Assembly (NCBI GenBank): GCA_943704425.1
Contig: CALSCP010001494.1
Location: 21,512 to 85,511 of the forward strand
Reading direction: 5' to 3'
DNA from: Ministeria vibrans ATCC 50519
Lineage: Eukaryota; Protista; Filasterea
Length of the DNA: 64,000 nucleotides
Shown here: positions 27,209 to 37,227 of the stretch, one piece after another
Layout: each line of letters opens with the position of its first letter
Position numbering within the stretch: the first letter of the stretch is position 1
Notes under the pieces: generated by a model
Seen by the model: the letters and a program-made list of their open reading frames with translations, nothing else
Told to the model about the DNA's origin: nothing
Databases searched by the model: none
Position numbers and translations under genes: made by a program

Positions 27209-27666
27209 ATGCAGAGTGGCAATAAGACGTTCAAGGCAGTGAGGCGAGCGTCCAAGGCACAGCTGGGCAAGGGCCGTCGGCTGGAACGCGAAGTGGCTGT
27301 GTTGGTAGGGAGGCAAGAAAGCTCGAGGTGCATTTGAAACGGCTTTGTAGATGTATCTCGAGTATGTGCTGTTTATGAAGCGCATGGCGACCGTGTGCGC
27401 GTCGGAGCTACACAAGGAGACGACTGTGAAGAAGGCGCAGGCCATCACGGCGGATCTCATTCGCAAAGTTGGGCCTGTAAGAAGCAAGTCTGTTTGTGCC
27501 ACTGTGCGCTTCGTCGCTTGCTGTTCAGTCGCACTGTCTGCTGTCTGCCGTCCTATACTCCCCCTTGGGCTTCTTGCTTCTTCCTTCGTTCCCCTCTCGT
27601 GTCGGTTCCACTCATTGTGTTTTGTTGATGTCTCTTTAGAATGTTCTCCGCTCAATGAAGGGTTAG
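27209..27666 (+). CDS. CENPW: Centromere protein W (histone fold, 82 aa)
   Basis: Exons 27209-27304, 27351-27476 and 27640-27666 give MQSGNKTFKAVRRASKAQLGKGRRLEREVAVLMYLEYVLFMKRMA..ITADLIRKVGPNVLRSMKG*. Size, the RLE..L.YL...LF..R.A core and the terminal KG match CENP-W. Confidence 0.75.
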
Positions 27667-28486
27667 ATTAATGCAGTCCGAGTCAGACTGTCAAGTCCTG
27701 AGACTACAGTGCTCATGCATGACTCTCTGCTCCTGTACAATACAATGTATATATGAGATCGAGCACAACACAAGAAGAGGGATGTATTGTTGTTGAAGGT
27801 GATCTATGTAGAGAAGACCGAACCTCGTGAAACCTTGGGAGTGAGTGTCATGATCACTCTGATGAATGACTCACATATGGCATTATTGACAGAGCACACA
27901 CAACTGACACAAGGGTCAATACTCAATAGTGACAATACACAACCAACTCTCAACTCTCAAACAAAGAGCGCTCAAGTCAATGAAAAATTTTAAGACACGA
28001 TACGTAAGTGATTACTCTATTCGCTAAGTTAGTAAGTTTTAACTTTTAAGACTTAACTCTTAAGACTATTTTATTCATCGATGTCAGCTCGAAAAGGTGG
28101 ACGTCGAAGCACTGCCTTCCACAAGCCGGGCGAACTGGGGCGAAAAACAGGCGTGCGTGTTCCTGAAAACATCTCAAAGGTTTGACAGCTTGTCAGGATG
28201 TTTCTCGTTCTTCCATTCTCCTGGCCTCCCATCTCTCTCCTTCCGGACGCACCCAATCAGACATGCAATTTACTTGTCTATGCCGCTCCGAAGCGCCGCT
28301 GAAATCACCCGCAACAGTCTTCCTGTTGACTTTTCGCAAAAGGGCGACCTTTTTTTGAAAAAAATAACAGTCATAACGTTTTTTTTTTGAAAACGAAAAA
28401 AAACGGAAAGAGCGCGAGAATGCCTCTGACGGACTTGGTGTACGTTGGCATTGCAGTAACTCAGCATTGCGTAGGATGCAACGGGC

Positions 28487-30101
28487 ATGGACGACGTAGA
28501 ATCGTACTTTGTGACGCGCAAGAGTCCGCGTCGAGTGTCTCACCAAGCGCCAACGCCCGTGCAGGCGCCCGCCTCGCCACCCGTCGACAGCCCCCTCATG
28601 CCCGTGTCGGGACTCGCGAGCGGTCCTGTGAGCCGGACAGCCAGGCTCAGCGACAAGCGATCGGGCAAGAGCAGCAAGAAGAGCAAGGGGACAGCGACGC
28701 GGCTGGAGTTTGGCGACGACGCGCACGACGACGCCGACGACGACGCGCACGACGCCGCGCGCTTGAAGAGACACGCGTCAAGCGGCAAAGATAGACACAC
28801 TAAAGCGAACAGGGCATCGTCGGGTGCGGCTGCGAGACGGGGTGGGCCTCTGGCGCTGACAGACTCGGACGACTCGGGTGACGACGACAAACGCGACAGC
28901 GACACCAACCCGTTTGCAAAACCATCAAGAGACCTTGCTGCGAAACTGGACAAGAGAGAAGAGCGCGAGCGAAAGAAGCGACGCAGACAGCGCGTGGTCG
29001 ACATGTGGCACTCGGAGGTGCCCGCCGAAGAGGACGCACAGTTACCGGCAAAGAAACGCAAGACAGACAGAACAATGGCGAGCAGCTCGAACCTCGGCTC
29101 GTCATTCCGCGTCCACGATGACGCACTCTTCTCACTCCCGCGCCACAGCGCAGGGCCCGCTCAACCAGCCTTCTACAATGCGACCACGACGGTGCGTCCG
29201 CGCGTGCGGCGCCCCATTGCGCACCACGCCCCACCGCCGCCACCGCCGCCTGCCATTCCCGTCCACCCCTACGCCCCATACTACGCGCCTCACCCGTATG
29301 CACATGCAGCGTACTACCCGCCGGCTTCCCGCGCGCCCGTCTACGATGACGTCCTCACGCGCCAGCCGCCGTCCGCCCTCCCCGCCCACCCCCACCATGC
29401 CCCCGAGCACTTCCGCGAGGCCAGCGCGCGCTCTCTTGTCACTGACCAGAATGACGTCCCGGTCCAGCTCATCTGTCCCGGCGCCCTCACCCATCACCAA
29501 GAGGAGTGGCGGCTGCTTGACAAGATGTCGCGCGGGACCGGACGTGTCTTTGTCGGCCTCGAGACCAACGAGGGCATTAAGCAAACCACCCTCGAGCTCA
29601 GCCCGCACGCCGGTCGCCCCTTCCTCAGACTAAACAAGAAGCGAATGGTATCACATATATATATATTTAGAGAGAGGAGGAAAAAAGAAACAAAGTGATA
29701 GAGAGAAGCAAAGTGATGGTGAGAGTGAAAGAAAAGAGTTCAAATGACCCCTTTTTTGTTGTTTCACAGACAGGCTATGTCCTCCATGGCTATTTGTCGC
29801 TCGAGATCCAACTCGACTCTTCCGATGTCACTGTTCGCCAGCAATTGGCTGCCAATGCTTCCTTCTACATTCCTTACGGTACCCATCCCAGTCACTCTCG
29901 CCCCTACACACGCACAGTCTTCTTCCACCTCTCTCCCTCCGCTCCTTCTACCACGTTGCTTTTCCTTCTCCCTGCTCTTTCTCTCTCACACCGGTGTGAC
30001 TCTGTTTTTTAGGTGCGTCGTACAAACTGGAGAATGTCGGAAGTGGCACTGCTCGAGTTGTTTTTTGGGCCTTTTCTGTGCCTGAAACTTACGATGATTA
30101 G
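28487..30101 (+). CDS. CENPC: CENP-C/Mif2-like protein with C-terminal cupin domain
   Basis: Disordered basic N-terminus; degenerate CENP-C motif RKKRRRQRVVDMW; spliced cupin LELSPHAGRP..GYVLHGYL..SFYIPYGASYKLENVGSGTARVVF. Confidence 0.7.
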
Positions 30102-30159
30102 TACACTTTGATAATTTTCAATTTTCAGTAATCAGTAATATTGTTTATTCTTATCGGTT

Positions 30160-31799
30160 ATGAACTCGACTATAAAAGATGTTCTGAGTCGTGCGTCTGT
30201 CATTGCTTCATCGCCATCGACGCAGACGACAGGTGTGCTCGGTGCCTCCCTACTCCGCCCATTTCACTCACCCGATCCGTTTCAGTGCGCGGCTGGGTGC
30301 GCTCCGTCCGGAAGCACCGCTCCGTCGCCTTCATCGATGTCAGCGACGGATCCACAGTCGACCCCTGCCCAGTGGTCGTCACGCACAACCTCGATGCCCT
30401 GCCCAACAACGGCGACGCAGTGTGCATCACGGGCGACATGGTCTCCCCCCCGTTCTCTCTTTCTCTCGCTCTCCTCATTGCCTGTCTCCCCTCTCCTCCC
30501 TCCTTTTCCCTCTCCGTAGACGCCCACCGCATCCAAGAAGCCAACCAAGCATTCCTTTGAGTTACACGCAAAGGCAATCGACATTGTCGGCGCCTGCGAT
30601 CAGACCACCTACCCTCTGCAGAAGAAGAACCACTCGCACGAGTTTCTTCGCCAGATCCCTCATCTTCGAATGCGATCCAATGCTTCACGCGCAACCGTCC
30701 GCATTCGTAACACAGTCTCACATACGTCCGTCAACAAATTCTCTCCTTTCGATCAACACTAATAATTACTCATTCCGTCTCTTGTTTTTTTTTTTTACGT
30801 CTTATTAGACTTCAAGAGTTGCTTCAACAGTTAGACTTTGTCAACATCGAAGCACCCACACTCACCACCAATGATTGTGAAGGTGGCGGCGAAACATTCA
30901 CTCTCCTCGACCCACACTCCCGTGCCCACGCCACCGCCTCCAACACAGACCCTCTTCAACATCAAAATAACTTCTTTGCAACCCCAATGCACCTAAGCGT
31001 ATCGCGCCAACTCCATCTCGAAGCGGCCGCCAGCGCCTTCCCACGCGTCTACGCCATGGGCCCGTGCTTTCGCGCCGAGCGTTCCAACACTACCCGTCAC
31101 CTGGCCGAGTTCCAGATGCTCGAGGCGGAGCTTGCTTTCACCCGCTCCCTCGACGACATCATCCAGCTCATCGAGCAATGCGTTCGTCACACCACCCAGC
31201 ACGTCCTCGACAAATGCGCCGACGATCTTGCCGCTATTCCTCAGTCTATTTCGGACAACGCTTTCACTCGCATTCAGCCCCTTGTGCGCTCTAGCTATGT
31301 GCGTCTTTCCTATACCGACGCGATCGACATTCTCACACGCAAGTTTGCGACACCAAACGCCGAGTACAGCAACATTGCGTGGGGCGTGGCTCTGTCGGGC
31401 GAACACGAGCGCTACCTGGCCGAAGTTCACTGCGACGGACAGGCCGTCTTTGTCCACGACTACCCGACCGAGTGCAAACCTTTCTACGCGCGCCAGAACG
31501 TCACAGACACAAACGCAGCAACGGGCGCGACATCGGCTGCCGTCGACCTTCTCCTGCCCTATGTGGGCGAGCTGGCGGGCGGTACTCTGCGCGAAGAGCG
31601 GCTCGACGTGCTCATGGCACGACTGCCGTCGCCCCCTCCGGCCGCCCTCGACTGGTATGTCGACCTGCGTCGCTATGGCTGTGCCCCGCACGGTGGCTTT
31701 GGCCTGGGCGTCGATCGTCTTGTCCAGTTCTACACGGGCTTCAGCAGCATACGCGAGACCACTCCCTTCCCGCGTCACGCTGGTCAACTTATTGCCTGA
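30160..31799 (+). CDS. NARS2: Asparagine-tRNA ligase, mitochondrial/bacterial type
   Basis: VRGWVRSVRK, FIDVSDGS, YPLQKK, DCEGGGETF, GPCFRAERSNTTRHLAEF and PHGGFGLG. Confidence 0.9.
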
Positions 31800-31868
31800 T
31801 GTACAAGACTGTATACAACAAAAAAACCCCCCCAAAAAACTCGAATATTATTATGTACAGTGTTTGTT

Positions 31869-34800
31869 TTAGCTCAGCTCAAATCCTGCACCCGCATTGA
31901 TCACAAACAGCAGTTTCTCGCGCATCTCTTCGTCTGTCTCGTACGGTGGCAGCTTCAACAGATTCATACACGTGCCTGAGCTTGGAAGACGACCCTTTTC
32001 AAAGAGACACACAACAAATGAGTCCATTGATGACTTGAAAACAAAAAAAAAACTCATGATTATTACTTTGCTTGAGAGATGAATGGCAAAACGCGGCGAT
32101 AGGCTCTTGAAGCCAAGCAGAGGCGGGCGCGAACAGCCCGTCACAAACCTGAAAATATACATAAAATACACGATAATAATTTAGCATCTTGCACTCTGTG
32201 GTTTTGTGTGTTTACTTTAGAAACTTTCCAAGTTCCTCATCGGTGAATCCTTCGAGAGCGCGCCAGAATCGGTCAATCTGCAACACAAACCACATGAGCA
32301 CAAGGAAACAAGAAAGATAGAAATGGTAAACATACCACAGCCTGAAGTTCCGCATCCTGACCGGCAGAAAACATCTGGCAATTCAGGCGCAGGTCCGCCA
32401 AGTCGATGCCTGTTTTGGCGCCTGAGATGAGCACCTGCAGCTCTTCGGCGTCAAAGAGACGCAGCGAGACAACCGGCATGGCATAGGCCATGCCGCGCAA
32501 AAAGGCATCACACATGGACGCAATCTTGACATTGAGATGGTAGTGCGCAACCGCATTGATGTAGTGGCTGCGGTTTACACGTGTCACGGGCACATTGCGC
32601 CCGTCGACAACCAAGTCCACCGTGTCCACGGCGCTCCCCAGTGCATTTGTCGTAATCAGTGACATGGTCAAACCGAGCTCCTCAAGTTCGCCGTCGTTGT
32701 AGTCACGCAAACGCAGCAAGTTGCGGTGCAGCTCGGCGTCGAGCGATTGCAGATCGTGAATCGAGTTGTGTCGGCCCAGCAGACGTCGCAAGAAAAAGGG
32801 CGCCAAAGGTAGCTCTACAAGAACGCCACAGCTGAGTGCCTTGGCCGTAAGCATGCCGAGAAACTCAAAGTGTTTTCGAGCGTCAGCCACAAGCTCGGGC
32901 GCGTGTGGATTGGGATAGAGCATTTCGTCGCGTGTCGGGCAAAAGAGACCTCGCTCGGGATCGTAGGCGGCACGCGTCAGCTCCGTGACAGTCTCCTTAA
33001 AGAGACCGCCACCGTCGATGCCGGCCTCGTGCAGGCCATGCTGGTTCACCAGGCTGATACGCCACGGACCCGGCACAACACGCATCTTGGGGTCGCTGTA
33101 GATGTTCTTGAAGGCATCGTCGTAGAGCGAGGTGCGATGCAGCTCAATGTGGTTCTCCCAGAAGACAAAGCGGCGTCGGTCGCGCGAGTGGTTATTGTAG
33201 TAGAAGAAAAGCGTGTCCTGAAAAAGCACACGCTCTGAAAACGGCACCACAAAGGGCACGTGCAGCAAAAGAGCAAGCAGGCCGGAGAAGACACGTCGCT
33301 GGAGGTTTGAAGAAAGCACCACGTCCGCCTGCAGGTAGTCGAGCACCTTGGCGGGGGTGAAGACGCCGCCGTCGTCTTCGCTACGCGTTGCGCGATGGTA
33401 GTCCTTGATGAGGCGCGCCGATGATGGCGGTTGCATAATTGAGTAGTCAAACTGTCGCGTGTCCTCTCGCTCCGTCCAGAAACCCTCAGGGCAATAGTGC
33501 ATGCGCTCGTCTCGCTCGCGTAGTTGACCTAGCACGCGCAGTGCATCGGTAAGGTCCATGTCACACGGAAGTGCACCTTTCGCCAGACTGCTCGTGAGAC
33601 TACGTAAAATCCAACGTGTCACTTCGACAAGCACAGAGGAGTCTGGGAAGGTGCGAGAGACAAGCTCGTCGTCGGAGATGACTGGCAACGCGTGCAGAAG
33701 ACACGCCAAAATGATGTGACCAAGAGCAGATGTGGGATCCCCAGCTGTAGCACCAGCAGCAGAACCAGTAGAAAATGCGCGCGAAATGTGAGTGTTGTCC
33801 GCGGTGGTAGCGGTCGCAGTCACAGCCGCACAGCGCGCTTGAAAAAGCTCGTTGATGAGACCGTCGCGAAAAGAGAGAACGCTGAGCAGACGGTGACGTG
33901 GCTGACCACCGAGGTTCACCAGGGAAGCAATCAACGCAACAAAGCCCACACTTGTGCGCAACATGCCGGTGCCAACCACGACGTGCAGCCACGATTCGGA
34001 CCAAAGCAAAGCATACGCTTGACGACACTGCGGCAATGCAAAGGTGGCATGAGGTGGGGCGCGTGAAATGCGTCGGAGAGCGCGACACGCGCTTGGCGTA
34101 AGCGTATCCGCATCATACGTGAGTCCGCGCAACTGTCGATGAAAGGGGCTCTCGTTGCCAATGGGGTCGTTGAGAGTGTTAATCATCATTGCCGCATGAC
34201 CGTCCACGTCGGCGAAGTTGCCACCATCGTCATCGTCAGCATAGTCTTCTTCGTCGTCTTCGTCCTCGTCAACACCATCACCTTCGCCACCTGCTTCGGC
34301 GCTCGCAGCAACAAAGGTAGAGATGGGAAGCGACTCGATGAGGATAGCCATGTTGCAAAAACAGCTGTTGAGCAGCACTGCGTCTTGTGGTGGGCGGGAT
34401 GCACACGCCCTTTGCACAGAGGCGACACAGTTGGCCAGAAGGTATTGGGAACGCTGCGACGAGACGATATCTGGAGGTGCGCTGGCAAGCGTCTCCAGGT
34501 GAGATGCGATCACTTCAAGAGGGTAGAGGCTATGGAAGCGGTCTGCACCACCGACACACTCGGCGACGGACGGAGTCACAAATAGAAGCTCGGAGAAGTA
34601 GTGTTGTGCGCTGTGCACGTCAACCAGTCCACCAAGACTGTGGACAAAGCGATCGAGTAGCTGTCGTGCAAACGACCGGCTCGCTGGAGAATGTTGCTCG
34701 ACGTCAACAATGACGCGAGCACAGGAGACAAGCACGCCGCGCGATGCGAGCGACTTCATCAGCGACACCTTGAAGATGTTGTCCCAGCCATTCGCCGGGT

Positions 34801-35446
34801 CAGTGTACAAATTGGCGAGTTGCAAAGCCAACGGTGTCTCATTCAGCGTCAGCTCGGAGGAGTCGCCAACCATGAGCATATCGATAAGAGTCTGAATGAG
34901 CGGCTGCCAGGCGGTCGCATGTTGAAGCGAGTCGGTCCCTATAATTATTATATTAATATGCGTCGTTTAGACATTCGATCGACCAAAACAAGACATCTTT
35001 GGTTGCGTACCGTTCTGGGAGTGGCGGCGAAGTAGACGCAAGGCGAGTGCGTGTAGACGAGGTGAGGTGGGCGCGGCAAGCGTTGGGAAGCGTTTGGCGA
35101 GAAAGAGAACAAGTCGGGCGACACGAATCAAACTCGCGTCGTGTGCGTCGGAAGCGCATTGCAGGAGCGCGTCGCATTGCTGCACGAGGCAGCTGACTGT
35201 GTCTCGGAGTACGACACGCTTGCGGTAGCATCGCTGTGAGGCATGGCGGCGGACACCCGTCAGAAAGTTCGCGAAAAAAAAAGACAATCGTCTCACCTGG
35301 ATTCGAATGGCGGCCGGCAGACGCCTGCGCTCCTGCTCACGATCAAGACGCTCCTGTCGTAACTTCTCTGTATCTATGGTGGCGGGGCGACGGGCACCTC
35401 CGAGCGAGATGTTGCGTCCCTTTCGATGAGAACCGTCAAAAAACAT
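31869..35446 (-). CDS. HECT E3 ligase, UBE3C/UBE3B (Hul5)-like
   Basis: N-terminal FDGS..RNISLGG and IQ-like AAIRIQ; PFVVPFSERV, EAGIDGGGLFKE, RFVTGCSRPPLLGF, LPSSGTCMNLLKLP and GAGFELS*. Confidence 0.88.
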
Positions 35447-35682
35447 TTGTACTTTGTAGTGAAACGAATAAAGGATTCATTCGTTTCGAAATGAATAAAT
35501 TCATGGAATCACCATGGAATAATAAATATGTAATTTAAATACGACGTTGTTTCAAGTTGCAGCAGGAGGGGGGGGGGGCGTGAGGGGGGGTACAAAGCAG
35601 GAAANNNNNNNNNNTGCGTACGTTTCATGTTTTTGTGTATTTGAGAGCGTTTCCTCTCTAAAGCAGGAAATGGGGTGAGATT

Positions 35683-37039
35683 TTAGAAGGGAAGACGGCG
35701 AGGGAGACTCTCATCAGCGTCCTCGATCTCGGAGGAGTCAGCAGGGAAACTATCCGAGGCGTAGCACTGAGACTCAAGATAATCCACGCGCAGCTGGAGA
35801 GCGTTGCGCTCGGCTGCCATAAAGCGTAGCTCGGCAAGCGTCTAATGCAAACACGTCAGTAGGATTTGAGGTAAATTCTTCAGAAGTACTTGTTGTTGCT
35901 TGAGCGCCAAATTGCGTGCTGTGTCCACCACATCGCTGATCAAAGTGTCGACTGCAACCGTTTCTTTCTCCTCTTCGCTCCTCTTCTCCACTTTGTCACC
36001 ACCAAGCGTCTCGTGCAGCAGATGCGCCGCTGCGTGTAGTTGGGAGCGTACACGGTCGAGAATTGTGTCGCGCTGGAGTGCTTCTTCTTCACGAACAAGC
36101 AAAGTCTCGAAATCAGACATGGACAGGTTCGTGTCGACACCCTCCCCGCGACGTGTGCTGCTGTTGTTGTCGTCGTTGCAAGTGTCACTCGTATTGCTCT
36201 CCAGGGCGGCACACTCGTGTGTCGTAGCGTCCACTTGCGCGTGGACTCCCATGTCGGAAAGACGCAGCGTAGCACGATGATCAGCGCGCTGTGGCAGCGA
36301 CAATGCCGTCGCCTCCGACCGGTAGTCTAAATCAAAGACAGACTCTTTTCGTTCGGTGTGATACTGAAAGAGAGCCTCGTTCACTTGCAAAGAAGGCTGC
36401 ACTGTCGGTGCGCGCGTGTGTGTTGCCGGTCCCGCCCTCAGTGTCCTGACACGTCGGCGAGCAGGCGCCTCTTCACGCGCCGGTGTTCCCTCCATCACCT
36501 GTTGCGCAACGCTCACAAGCATTTCTCGCGTCAAGCCAAGTGTCGGTTTCACACGAGGTGGTGATGGTGGTGTCAGAGGTGTCCCATCGTAAAAGGCCAA
36601 GGACGCTCCTAAAGATCCAATCCAACGTGAGAGACGCATTACACGAAGGAAGAGGACGCGAATATAAGAAGGGTTCAAAATGGCTCGCTCTCACAGCATC
36701 CGTACGCTCCTGTTTCTCTAACAACTCTTGGCGCGCCCGCTCCGCATTATGCGATTTGTACATTTCTCGTTTGCGCTCCTGCAACTCCGCGTAAGATCAG
36801 TCTGCAAATTTGAATTTTTCCTCACCTGCTGTGCTTTCGACAGCTTGCATTTGGCCAAATCCGATACGGTGTTCTACAAAACAGACACGGTGCACATGAT
36901 GCAGAAGGTCAAGAAGGCTGAGGAAGGCGGGGATGCCAGCAGAGAGGGCAGACCACCGTTTGTTTACATCCCAAGCTGGTCTTCTCAACCTGCGCGCCCC
37001 GCTCGAGGTTGTGCCAATGCCGCCATATACAAGCGCCAT
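35683..37039 (-). CDS. SPICE1: Spindle and centriole-associated protein 1-like
   Basis: Three short spliced exons give RRPAWDNTVSDLAKCKLSKAQQERKREMYKSHN, against recalled human SPICE1 [30 protein letters not shown]. C-terminal coiled coil. Confidence 0.7.
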
Positions 37040-37227
37040 ATTCAAATTTATTAAAGAAATTAAGAAAAAAGGCAAAAATGAAAAAACGTTTGAAGTTTGA
37101 ATTTCGTATTTTTTCTTTCGCTAATCGCTTCATTTATTCCTAATTATTATTATCAATAGTTTTAACCGTTTTTCTTGAAGTCTTGTCGGTAGCCGTCGCG
37201 TACTAGGCGGGAAAAGCAGCACGGACG
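37040..37227. promoter_or_regulatory. Putative bidirectional SPICE1/CPAP promoter
   Basis: ~190 bp. CHR-like TTCAAA (37041) and TTTGAA (37089, 37096), MYB-like TAACCGTT (37163), E2F-like GGCGGGAAAA (37206). Confidence 0.55.

Noticed and set aside
28097-28390. GTG-initiated 97-aa ORF upstream of CENP-C
   Set aside because: It has no ATG or homology cue and is better explained as promoter or 5' UTR.
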